From contig CP002278.1 of assembly GCA_000166095.1 (NCBI GenBank), positions 690,001 through 722,000 of the forward strand: 32,000 bases of DNA, given 5' to 3'. Below are positions 9,773 to 18,318 of this stretch, in pieces (the stretch's first letter is position 1; every line of letters starts with the position of its first letter). The notes beneath the pieces were generated by a model. It was not told the origin of the DNA and ran no database searches. It saw only the letters and a program-made list of their open reading frames with translations. A program made the translations under genes and the position numbers. The DNA is from Methanothermus fervidus DSM 2088 (GTDB lineage Archaea; Methanobacteriota; Methanobacteria; DSM-2088; Methanothermaceae).

Positions 9773-10228
9773 ATGAGATGTGAGATATGTGGCAAAAAAA
9801 TATTTGGAAGACCTTTAACGATAAAAATAGAAGGAAGTGAGATGAGAGTTTGTAAAGATTGTTCAAAATTTGGAGAAATTCAAAGAAGAAAAAAGATTAG
9901 AAAGAGAGTTGTAAGAAGGCGTGTACCACGTTTTAAAGAACCAAGCTATGATATAGTAGAAAATTATGGAAAAATTGTAAGAGAAGCTAGAGAAGAGAGA
10001 AACTGGAGTAGAGAAGACCTTGCAAAAAAAATAAATGAAAAAGTTTCGGTTGTAGGTAGAATTGAAACTGAAAAAATGGTACCTGACATCAATTTAGCAC
10101 GTAAATTAGAAAAGACATTAAATATAAAATTATTAGAAAAGTTGCAGGAGGAAGAAGAACTATCATCAACATCTTATAGTACAGGTGAACTTACAATAGG
10201 GGATATAGCAAAAATAAGAAAAAAATAA
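9773..10228 (+). CDS. Archaeal MBF1-type multiprotein bridging factor (Zn ribbon + HTH)
   Basis: 'MRCEICGKKI..CKDCSKFG' followed by 'YGKIVREAREERNWSREDLAKKINEKVSVVGRIETEKMVPDINLARKLEKTLNIKL' cro/C1-like HTH. Confidence 0.9.
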   Translation: MRCEICGKKIFGRPLTIKIEGSEMRVCKDCSKFGEIQRRKKIRKRVVRRRVPRFKEPSYDIVENYGKIVREAREERNWSREDLAKKINEKVSVVGRIETEKMVPDINLARKLEKTLNIKLLEKLQEEEELSSTSYSTGELTIGDIAKIRKK

Positions 10229-10242
10229 ATTTCGGGGTTTAA

Positions 10243-10662
10243 ATGCATGATAGACTTTTTATTATAAATATTTTTTCAGTTGGATTTGGAGGTTTCATTG
10301 GTTCTTGTCTTCGTTATTTAATCTCTATTTATCTTTCAAGAATCCCTTGTCAAATTCCTTTAGGAACATTAACTGTTAATGTAATTGGAGGATTTTTAAT
10401 TGGTTTGTTCATGGAATTAAGTTTAAGTACGGCCTTGATACCTCCAAATTTAAGACTTTTCATTGTTACAGGAATTTTAGGTGGATTGACAACATTTTCA
10501 ACTTTTAGTTATGAAACCATGTCTCTTTTTTCTGAAGGTGCATATATTTCTGCATTGCTAAATGTTTCACTGAATTTGTTTTTAAGTCTTTTTGCAGTTA
10601 TTTTAGGGAGATTAATTTTAAAATTGCTTTTTAAATTAGGAGGTATATTTATTGGAAAATAA
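10243..10662 (+). CDS. crcB: Fluoride efflux transporter CrcB/Fluc
   Basis: 'GGFIGSCLRYLIS', 'PLGTLTVNVIGGFLIGLF', 'GILGGLTTFSTFSYETMSL'. Confidence 0.92.
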   Translation: MHDRLFIINIFSVGFGGFIGSCLRYLISIYLSRIPCQIPLGTLTVNVIGGFLIGLFMELSLSTALIPPNLRLFIVTGILGGLTTFSTFSYETMSLFSEGAYISALLNVSLNLFLSLFAVILGRLILKLLFKLGGIFIGK

Positions 10663-10990
10663 AAAAACTTTAAAAAATAAAGCTAAACTTCTAAAAATTT
10701 ATATTGGGGAATCAGACCGCTATAAAGCTGAAAATTTGTATAGAGCCATTGTTAAAAAAGCCAAAGAATTTGGACTCAGTGGAGCAACTGTGTTAAGAGG
10801 TATAGAAGGATTTGGATTGCATAGTGACTATCGTTCATCATTAATTGAAGTATTGTCTGCAGATCTCCCCATTGTTATTGAAATTATTGAAGAAGAAGAG
10901 AAAATTAAAAAATTTCTTAAAAAAATTTCTCCAATGATAAACCAAGGGTTAATTGTAATGTGCGACGTAGAAGTCATTAAACATGTGTAA
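10652..10990 (+). CDS. DUF190 domain-containing protein (CrcB partner)
   Basis: 'LLKIYIGESDRYKAENLYRAIVKKAKEFGLSGATVLRGIEGFG'; overlaps crcB by 11 bp. Confidence 0.88.
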   Translation: MENKKTLKNKAKLLKIYIGESDRYKAENLYRAIVKKAKEFGLSGATVLRGIEGFGLHSDYRSSLIEVLSADLPIVIEIIEEEEKIKKFLKKISPMINQGLIVMCDVEVIKHV

Positions 10991-11019
10991 AAAGAAAATA
11001 AAAAAGGAAAAGGAGTTAT

Positions 11020-12072
11020 TTATTTCTTTTCTTTTTCTAAGTATTTAAATACAGTAGGTAGAATTTCTGATAAATCACCGAAATTCATGGAGTCTGCAGT
11101 TCCAAGCAATGCCTTAGGATCTAATTTTTCTTCCATTTTATCTATTCCAACTTTCTCCATAAGGTTTGTTAATTGTTCAAGAGATTCTTTTGCCATCATT
11201 TGTGCAAAATCTGCAGGTGCTCCTAAGATATTCATTACGGAATTTCTGTATGATAATATTCCTGCATAGGTTATAGCAGTCAATGCTGAACACATGTCAC
11301 ATACAGGACCTAACAATTCTGCAGGTAGTTTAAATGCATTTCCACGAGCTTTTTTGGCTATATCATAAAGTGTTTTAATAGCATCTTCATGTGCATATCC
11401 TTCTGCTATAAAAACTTGACCTTTCATTTCAGGCACTGCACCTGGGTGATATGAAGTAATATTTAATCCTGCTGCTTTTCGTGGAGTTACCATATCGCTA
11501 CCACAGCATTCTTCAAATATTTTGTAAAATTTAGTTGTTGGTATAGTACATGCGTGAGTTACTATTGCACCATCTTTAATGCTGTCTGCAAATTTTGGAA
11601 TTATCTTCTCTTGAACATTTCCTTTTGGTAACCATGTCATTACAAAATCTGCATCTTCTACTGCTTCAACATCATCTGTTGTAACTTCAAATCCAAGATC
11701 TTCAGGATGTACAAAATGTATTGCACCTTTAGGTGGTTTTGGTACTTCTTTTGCTACTTCATTTACCTTTTCCCTAATTTTAGGCATTATTTTTTCAGGA
11801 TCATCTTTATGAGCTTCTATAACTTCTTCAGGGTCAAAATCATCGATTACTGTAAATTCATTGTCAAATACAGGGTCTGATATAACTATGTCTTTGATAC
11901 CACATAGTTCCATTAATTCTGCTCCCATAGTTATAGTAGAATGTGTCAGAGCAATTTCAGGTTTTCCAACTTCTTCTGCAACTTCACAAGCTCTTGCAAA
12001 ATTTGTTATTCCACTTGCGGCATGTGTTCTATAACATCCGGCTCCTAATATTGCAACTTTTTTTATTTCCAT
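11020..12072 (-). CDS. hmd: H2-forming 5,10-methenyl-H4MPT dehydrogenase ([Fe]-hydrogenase)
   Basis: 'MEIKKVAILGAGCYRTHAASGITNFARACEVAEEVGKPEIALTHSTITMGAEL', FeGP-ligand motif 'THACTIPTTKFYKIF', 'NITSYHPGAVPEMKGQVFIAEGYA', 'LDPKALLGTADSMNFG'. Confidence 0.96.
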   Translation of the reverse strand: MEIKKVAILGAGCYRTHAASGITNFARACEVAEEVGKPEIALTHSTITMGAELMELCGIKDIVISDPVFDNEFTVIDDFDPEEVIEAHKDDPEKIMPKIREKVNEVAKEVPKPPKGAIHFVHPEDLGFEVTTDDVEAVEDADFVMTWLPKGNVQEKIIPKFADSIKDGAIVTHACTIPTTKFYKIFEECCGSDMVTPRKAAGLNITSYHPGAVPEMKGQVFIAEGYAHEDAIKTLYDIAKKARGNAFKLPAELLGPVCDMCSALTAITYAGILSYRNSVMNILGAPADFAQMMAKESLEQLTNLMEKVGIDKMEEKLDPKALLGTADSMNFGDLSEILPTVFKYLEKEKK

Positions 12073-12182
12073 TTCAACACCTCACTCTTAATTGGATTAC
12101 CCCTTGCATAAGCAAGGAGCCTTGTGTTTACAAATTCACAACTCAATAAGCTATCAGGGTCCAAATGACCCCTCATCAACAT
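12063..12182 (-). CDS. Candidate 39-aa small ORF directly upstream of and overlapping hmd (not in ORF track)
   Basis: ATG at 12182-12180, stop TAA at 12065-12063 inside the first codons of hmd; translation MLMRGHLDPDSLLSCEFVNTRLLAYARGNPIKSEVLKWK; GGAG at 12195-12192 (minus strand) 9 nt upstream of the ATG. Confidence 0.35.
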   Translation of the reverse strand: MLMRGHLDPDSLLSCEFVNTRLLAYARGNPIKSEVLKWK

Positions 12183-12247
12183 TCCGAAATTCTCCGTGCT
12201 TCAGTATAAAACAAAAGTGTTGCCGTAATATTACTTCCCCAAAATTT

Positions 12248-12300
12248 TAATATATACTTTTCCACTTAAAAAAAAATCGAAAAAGTTTTATATAAAAGAG
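12248..12300 (-). promoter_or_regulatory. Candidate archaeal promoter(s) for hmd
   Basis: On the minus strand: TTTTATATAAAAC (about 12299-12285) and AAAAGTATATATTAAAA (about 12261-12245), both TATA-box-like, upstream of the hmd leader. Confidence 0.45.
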
Positions 12301-12338
12301 TAGTTGATGAAATTCAAAAAAGCCTAAAATTAAATTTT

Positions 12339-13865
12339 TTAGATTAATGCAACACTTTCTGGCAATTTTTTAGTTAATTTTCTGACTACTCCAGGAATTG
12401 TTGAAGAAATTATTGTAGCATCAGATTCATTATAGGCTTCTTTATCATTAGAATGAGCCCTATGCACATCTGCTTTAATTTCAGACCTTAAATTTTCTAC
12501 AGTTATTTTTTCGACCCATGGATCTACATCACTAATTAAAATTTGATCTACATACTTATCTAATTTCTTTGCTAAAACCCAAGCAATGAATCTTCCACCT
12601 AATAATGCAACTTTTTCACCTATCAAACCATTTTCTGCCATTTTAACTATATCATCAACAGTTTTATTCACATGAAGTTTTTCATAAAGAGGTGTCAATG
12701 AGACGCAAACCCAGTGAGCATCTCCAACTGTTGTATATCCTATTTTATTTGGATAAATATTCTCTTTCCCAATTACTTTGACGGATTTTGTAAGGGCAAT
12801 CAATTCGTCTTTTTGGATAGGCGCTCTTGTAAGTCCATTTTTAACTTCTTCTTTAATTATCTTTATTACTCGTGGCATTCCAAAATTACCTCTTCTGGCA
12901 GTTCCAGGAGAATAACCACACATGTATCCGTGATGATTTTTCGGGAATCCAGTAATTATTGCATTTAATCCAGATCTTAAACCAATGCGACATTCGTCTT
13001 CATACGCACCATTGGTACCAACAACTTTTCCTGGAGCTAATATTCTTGCACATGTAATTGCTCTAGCAAATGCATCCAACCTATCTTTCGCTTGATTAAA
13101 TGGACCTCCCTCAATTACAAATACATCCACTCCTATTTCCAATGCTGCTTCAAAAGCTTTTATTAAGTCTTCATAACCATCTCCGACGCACATGATGGCT
13201 TCAAGGCCTCTTCCATATTTTTTAGTAAGTTTAGCAACTTCTATAGCTTCATCTAATGGAGCTGCATGAGCTTCTCCACCTTGAACAGATATTAAATTAA
13301 TTGCAACTGAAGATGCAAGTTTTATCCATTCATCTCTTTCTTTTATACCTTTCTTTTCTTTTTCTAACAATCTTTTATGAATTCTACCTCGAGGACATTC
13401 CTTAAAAGGTGGGCCCTCATAATAACATTGACCCCAACATCTAGTTATATCACTGGGAAATCTCATTGGTCCATATTTACCAAAATGATCTATATCTAGT
13501 GGAACATCTACCAATTCTCTTACTTCTTTTACGAGATCTACACCACGCATGCCATAATTCTCAGCAATGTCTGCAAAAGCATATGCACAAACATGAATAG
13601 ATGCTCCCAGCATGTCTGCAACAATACAATTGCCTAAAAGATCTATTTTTTTAATATCTGATGCGCATGCACCTACCAATATTTCGGTGAGATCACAACC
13701 TATTGGAAATCTTTTAAAATTTTTCCCAAGTTGCATTGTTTCTTCTCTACTGAGATCAGAAACGGCGTCTACTATCTCTTCAGGAGTTTTTTTCATTTTT
13801 GCTAATTCCCAGGCAGCATCTAAATTATTTACAGCTTCTTTAACTATATCATGCATTAGCATCAT
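12339..13865 (-). CDS. hcgG: FeGP cofactor biosynthesis protein HcgG (HmdC; Hmd co-occurring)
   Basis: 508 aa, adjacent to hmd; 'ECPRGRIHKRLLEKEKKGIKERDEW', 'NLISVQGGEAHAAPLDEAIEVAKLTKKYGRGLEAIMCVGDGYEDLI', C-terminal Rossmann-like 'GEKVALLGGRFIAWVLAKKL..ILISDVDPWVE..STIPG'; family assignment from recall. Confidence 0.8.
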   Translation of the reverse strand: MMLMHDIVKEAVNNLDAAWELAKMKKTPEEIVDAVSDLSREETMQLGKNFKRFPIGCDLTEILVGACASDIKKIDLLGNCIVADMLGASIHVCAYAFADIAENYGMRGVDLVKEVRELVDVPLDIDHFGKYGPMRFPSDITRCWGQCYYEGPPFKECPRGRIHKRLLEKEKKGIKERDEWIKLASSVAINLISVQGGEAHAAPLDEAIEVAKLTKKYGRGLEAIMCVGDGYEDLIKAFEAALEIGVDVFVIEGGPFNQAKDRLDAFARAITCARILAPGKVVGTNGAYEDECRIGLRSGLNAIITGFPKNHHGYMCGYSPGTARRGNFGMPRVIKIIKEEVKNGLTRAPIQKDELIALTKSVKVIGKENIYPNKIGYTTVGDAHWVCVSLTPLYEKLHVNKTVDDIVKMAENGLIGEKVALLGGRFIAWVLAKKLDKYVDQILISDVDPWVEKITVENLRSEIKADVHRAHSNDKEAYNESDATIISSTIPGVVRKLTKKLPESVALI

Positions 13866-13960
13866 CCCTTTCTTACGCTTGTATAAAAAATTTATGAGAA
13901 TTAGTAGAGATATAATTTATCTAATAAAAAAAGAATCAAAAAAGAAAAAGAATAAAAGAA

Positions 13961-14386
13961 TTATTTAAAATTTAAAAAATTAACTGTTTTTTTAATGGGC
14001 CCTAATTCTTTCAAAGTTTCTGTAAATTCTGTTATAGTTTTTTGGAATTTTTCACCTTCTGATGCTGAAATCCATTCATATTTAAATCTTTCTTTTTCGA
14101 TCCCTAGCTCTGGTAAAATCATTTTTAATAATTCTGCTCTTCTACGCCATTTGTAATTTCCTGAATCATAATGGCAATCTCCAAGATGACATCCACCAAC
14201 AAATACACCATCAGCTCCTTCTCTAAATGCCTTCAACACATGTGATGGATTTATTCTCCCTGAACACATAACCCTAATTATCCTCACATTTGGGGGATAT
14301 TGCATTCTTGCAGTACCTGCTGCATCTGCCCCCCCATAAGTACACCAATTACAACAAAATCCAACAATTTTTGGTTCAAATGCCAT
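13961..14386 (-). CDS. flpD: MvhD-family delta subunit paralog (FlpD-like)
   Basis: '[61 protein letters not shown]' near-identical in N-terminal two thirds to MvhD at 16954; sits with FdhA/FdhB-like genes as in flp clusters of Methanothermobacter. Confidence 0.85.
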   Translation of the reverse strand: MAFEPKIVGFCCNWCTYGGADAAGTARMQYPPNVRIIRVMCSGRINPSHVLKAFREGADGVFVGGCHLGDCHYDSGNYKWRRRAELLKMILPELGIEKERFKYEWISASEGEKFQKTITEFTETLKELGPIKKTVNFLNFK

Positions 14387-14397
14387 TTACACCACCT

Positions 14398-15540
14398 TCA
14401 TATTTTTTCTGGACTATACATTGGAGGTAATTCTTCATCTACACCAGGAACAAAACCTGTTTCTTTACGATATTTTTCTTGAATTTTATGGAACAACCTT
14501 GCAACTGGAATATCCATAGGACAAACATCTTCACATTGTCCACAATTTATACAACTGAAGCCCATATGCCATAGGCGAATTCCATGAAAAGTAAGTGGAT
14601 TTGGTGGAACATTTTCAGGTTCTTTATACCATTCTTTTTCTAATTCACATTCCTCACAGAAACAGATAGGACAAGCATCCCTACATGCATAACATTTTAT
14701 ACATCTCTTGAAATATTTTTCCCAATCTTCTAATTTTGGATATTCTTTGTCTAAGTATTTTTCTTTGAAATTTTTGGCCATTTTTATCATTGATTTTTCA
14801 ATTTTTGATCTTATAGTAATTGCTTTATCACTTGGTGATTTTACCTCAATAAAACCATCGTTGATCGCATTTTCAACAAGTTTTTTACCTTTTTCTGTTA
14901 CAACCTCTATAAATGTCCAACCTTCATCTGCACCCCAATTTCCACATGCTACATCAGCATTTCTTGGAATCATCATTTCGCATCTCTGACACATGTCTCT
15001 TCTTCCATATCCTTTCTCTTCGAGATCATCTATGCTTATTTCTTTGTGTGAACCATCCTTTAATTCTATTATAAATTTACCTCTAGCAATTTCTTCTTTT
15101 ATCACATCGTCGGGGTCAACTTTATAAAATAGTTTTATCATTTCTCTTGCAGGAATTGGTCTCAATGTTCCTCCACAATTTAGTCCAATTAAATACAATT
15201 CATTTTCTATTTGCTTTCTTTTCTGTAATTCTTTTATTGCCATTGCATCACAGGGCTTTACAGAAACTGCTAATTTCAAGTCTTGTAAATATTTTGAAAT
15301 TAAATCTGCAAACATTGTTGGTGCACAATGTAAAGAACCACTAATTTTTGTAAGCTCTTTTGGATCTGTAATGAGAGTAGGTATTCCATCATAGATGTCC
15401 TTTCCCTTCCTTAATCCTAGAACACCATCAACAATTTCATTTTCTAGAAGATATTTGAATAATGCAGTTACAGCCCCACCGCATTCTCCAGCTTTTCTAA
15501 TTTCATTATCTTTTGCCCTTGCCAAATAATATTTTGTCAT
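14398..15540 (-). CDS. flpB: Formate dehydrogenase beta subunit-like protein (FlpB-like; F420-dependent FdhB/FrhB family)
   Basis: '[24 protein letters not shown]', '[11 protein letters not shown]', '[39 protein letters not shown]', two FeS motifs '[19 protein letters not shown]' and '[18 protein letters not shown]'. ATG at 15540 ([11 protein letters not shown]) likely. Confidence 0.85.
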   Translation of the reverse strand: MTKYYLARAKDNEIRKAGECGGAVTALFKYLLENEIVDGVLGLRKGKDIYDGIPTLITDPKELTKISGSLHCAPTMFADLISKYLQDLKLAVSVKPCDAMAIKELQKRKQIENELYLIGLNCGGTLRPIPAREMIKLFYKVDPDDVIKEEIARGKFIIELKDGSHKEISIDDLEEKGYGRRDMCQRCEMMIPRNADVACGNWGADEGWTFIEVVTEKGKKLVENAINDGFIEVKSPSDKAITIRSKIEKSMIKMAKNFKEKYLDKEYPKLEDWEKYFKRCIKCYACRDACPICFCEECELEKEWYKEPENVPPNPLTFHGIRLWHMGFSCINCGQCEDVCPMDIPVARLFHKIQEKYRKETGFVPGVDEELPPMYSPEKI

Positions 15541-15555
15541 TTCAAACAACCCCTT

Positions 15556-16578
15556 CTAAATAAATTTTTTCATGATCTCTTCATCATCTAAAACTGTTTC
15601 TGGTTTTTCAATAATTTTTGAAAATTTTTGAGTATATCCAAAGCTATTTGTAAAAGTTCCATTTTTTTCTAACCAACAAGAAGTAGGAAGTACAAGGTCT
15701 GCAACTTCAGAAGTTTTATTTTTTTCAACTGTCTGTACGACAAGAAAATCAACATCAATAGATTCTAAACATTCCAATTCTAGAGGATCTGCATGCATTA
15801 CCCAAAGTAATTCAATTTCTTCTATAAATTTTTTTAATTGTTCATCAGTTAATGGATCAATGAATTCCATCACGCCTCTTGCATTACATTCTTTAAAAAC
15901 TGGTGAAAAATCAGCGCCAGAATTTACAATTTTTTTAATATCATTTTCGTTTTCAAGTTTATTGAAAAGTATTAAGCAGGAATCATTGCACTCAAACTTT
16001 TCTAATTCTTCTAAAGATTTACCATGTTTATCTGCATTAAACATCGTTCTACTTTTTTCTCCAATGTAGATTATTTCAGCGCCATTATCTTGCGCATGTA
16101 AAACACGACGGCCTAATAAAGGATTTTCGTTTAAAATGTCTCCAATAAGTATAATTTTTTTATAATTCTCTATGTCTTTTATATTAATTGAGGGATATTC
16201 CTGCTTAGGTATGTTATATGTATAAAATCCTGCTTTTGCATCTATTTTTTCAGATAATTTTTTCAATGTTTCAGCTTCTTCATTACTTAATCTACCAGAT
16301 GCTAAAATTCCTATTTTGTCTTTTTCATTTATTTTTTCAGATAATAGATTAAATGCGTCGTCCCAAGATATCTCAGATTTTTTAGTTTTTGGATGCTTAA
16401 TTCTGTTCTCTACAATTTTGTATGAATCTCTTCCATTTTTACAATTTTTTCCTTCATTTATTGGATGTCTTTTGTAAGGGTAGATGCCTTTTGGTACTCC
16501 ATCAATACATATTATATTTAAACCACAACCTACTCCACAGGATGGGCAAATTGTGTGTTCTACAATGAATTTTTCCAT
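15556..16578 (-). CDS. Half-length FdhA/molybdopterin-oxidoreductase-like protein (Flp cluster)
   Basis: N-terminal [4Fe-4S] motif 'CPSCGVGCGLNIICIDGVPKGIYPYKRHPINEGKNCKNG'; 'VADLVLPTSCWLEKNGTFTNSFGYTQKF' near the C-terminus; only ~340 aa. ATG at 16578 preceded by GAGGTG. Confidence 0.8.
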   Translation of the reverse strand: MEKFIVEHTICPSCGVGCGLNIICIDGVPKGIYPYKRHPINEGKNCKNGRDSYKIVENRIKHPKTKKSEISWDDAFNLLSEKINEKDKIGILASGRLSNEEAETLKKLSEKIDAKAGFYTYNIPKQEYPSINIKDIENYKKIILIGDILNENPLLGRRVLHAQDNGAEIIYIGEKSRTMFNADKHGKSLEELEKFECNDSCLILFNKLENENDIKKIVNSGADFSPVFKECNARGVMEFIDPLTDEQLKKFIEEIELLWVMHADPLELECLESIDVDFLVVQTVEKNKTSEVADLVLPTSCWLEKNGTFTNSFGYTQKFSKIIEKPETVLDDEEIMKKFI

Positions 16579-16745
16579 ATATAACACCTCATAACCTTTT
16601 AATTCGATAAAAGAAACTCATTTTTTCCTTGGATTCCGCAATCTGTATTGATCATTGTTCACACAACAACATATCATTTTATTAATTTCTTAAAAAAATT
16701 GTGAATGGTATCACTAATATATATAATTTTCGGAATCTAAAAACG

Positions 16746-16768
16746 AGTTATTTTTGGTATTAATAACT
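16746..16768. repeat. 7-bp inverted repeat AGTTATT-N9-AATAACT in the flp/mvh divergent intergenic region
   Basis: AGTTATT at 16746-16752 and AATAACT at 16762-16768, exact complements. Confidence 0.4.
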
Positions 16769-16885
16769 AAAACTTATGGAATTATTATCATATCAGTATT
16801 AAATTTATTTTAAAAAATCTTAACGGTTATTACAAAATGATAAATTAGTATTCACAAATATAAGCCTTTCTCTTTTGATTTACGA

Positions 16886-16903
16886 GTAAAGTTTATATGT
16901 AAT
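16886..16903 (+). promoter_or_regulatory. Candidate TATA box for mvhDGAB
   Basis: GTAAAGTTTATATGTAAT about 55-65 nt upstream of the mvhD ATG. Confidence 0.5.
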
Positions 16904-16953
16904 GCTTTAGATCTAAATATTAAGCTAAAACATTAGTTTTGGGAGGAATAAGT

Positions 16954-17376
16954 ATGGCATTTGAACCAAAAATTGTAATGTTTTGTTGTAATTGGTGCTC
17001 ATACGGAGGCGCTGACACTGCAGGCACTGCAAGAATGCAATATCCCCCAAATGTGAGGATAATTAGGGTTATGTGTTCAGGGAGAGTAGAACCACAGTTT
17101 ATACTAAAAGCATTTAGAGAAGGAGCTGACGGAGTGCTTGTTACTGGATGTCATCTTGGAGATTGTCATTACGATGCAGGAAATTACAAACTAGATAGAA
17201 GAATGAGGCTCGTGTATAAATTGTTGGATGAAATTGGAATTGGAAGAGAAAGAGTGTATCATGATTGGATTTCAGCATCAGAAGGTGAAAAATTTGCAGA
17301 AACTGTAAAGATGATGGTCGAAAGAATAAAGGAACTTGGGCCTTTAAATTTAAAAAAACAAATTTCTGAAAGCTAA
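16954..17376 (+). CDS. mvhD: F420-non-reducing hydrogenase iron-sulfur subunit MvhD
   Basis: '[47 protein letters not shown]'; ATG at 16954 preceded by GGGAGG; first gene of the mvh operon. Confidence 0.94.
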   Translation: MAFEPKIVMFCCNWCSYGGADTAGTARMQYPPNVRIIRVMCSGRVEPQFILKAFREGADGVLVTGCHLGDCHYDAGNYKLDRRMRLVYKLLDEIGIGRERVYHDWISASEGEKFAETVKMMVERIKELGPLNLKKQISES

Positions 17377-17388
17377 GGAGGGTTAAAA

Positions 17389-18318
17389 TTGGCAGAAAAA
17401 AAGGTTAAAATAGGAACTATGTGGTTATGTGGATGCTCTGGATGTCATATCTCAATAACAGATTTTCACGAAAAATTATTAGATCTCCTAGAAGTTGCTG
17501 ATATTAAATTTTCTCCTGTATTAATGGATGTAAAGTACGACGAAATACCTGATTTAGATGTTGTAATAATTGAGGGCGGAATAGCAAACGATGAAAATAG
17601 AGAATTTGCAGAATTGTTAAGGGAGAAATCTGATATTTTAGTTGCTTATGGTACATGTGCTGTCTATGGCGGCATACCTGGTCTAAGAAATCTATGGAGA
17701 AAAGAGAAAGTGATAGAAGAGGCTTATATAAATTCACCCAGTACTCCAAACCCTGATGAAGTAATACCTTCTGAAGAAGTTCCACATTTAGAAGAAAGAG
17801 TAAAACCAATAAGTGAAGTAGTTGATGTAGATTTGGAGATCCCTGGCTGTCCACCTAAATCTGACTTCGCTGCTGAAGTATTGATGAAAGCTTTAAATGG
17901 TGAAAAGGTGGAGTTACCTACAACAAATCTATGTGAAGAATGTGAAAGAGAAAAACCTCCTGAAGGATTAGCAATGGACTTCATAAAAAGACAATTTGAG
18001 ATTGGCGAACCTGAAAAAGATTTATGTTTAATAGCACAAGGACTTGTTTGTATGGGGCCTGCAACAACTTCAATATGTGGTGCACAATGTCCTAAAGTAG
18101 GTATACCATGTCAAGGTTGTTATGGCCCAACTAAAGCAGTTGAAGATCAGGGTGCAAAAATGATAAGTGCGATTGCTTCAGATTTCGGAGTTGAAAAAGA
18201 TAAAACTGTAGATCCTGAAAAAGTTGCTGAACAACTTGATGATATTGTAGGAACTTTCTACACCTACACATTACCAGCATCTTTAATTCCTATGAGAGTC
18301 CATAAAGGAGGGAAATAA
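17389..18318 (+). CDS. mvhG: F420-non-reducing [NiFe]-hydrogenase small subunit MvhG
   Basis: '[28 protein letters not shown]', '[15 protein letters not shown]', '[15 protein letters not shown]', '[26 protein letters not shown]'. TTG start with GGAGG upstream. Confidence 0.96.

Noticed and set aside
10229-10242. Fluoride riboswitch immediately upstream of crcB
   Set aside because: Only ~14 bp between the MBF1 stop and crcB; no room for the conserved aptamer.
11943-12149. 68-aa plus-strand ORF crossing the hmd start
   Set aside because: Antisense to hmd and its leader; Leu/Gln/Phe-rich translation, no RBS or family signal.
12063-12338. tRNA or known ncRNA in the hmd-hcgG gap
   Set aside because: Hairpins are present but no cloverleaf, TTC-arm consensus or box C/D pattern could be supported; left as an unassigned structured leader.
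15556-16578. FdhA-like gene as a frameshifted pseudogene of full-length fdhA
   Set aside because: Clean open frame with RBS, flpB begins immediately downstream, and no leftover C-terminal FdhA fragment appears in the window; a dedicated short Flp protein is the better explanation.
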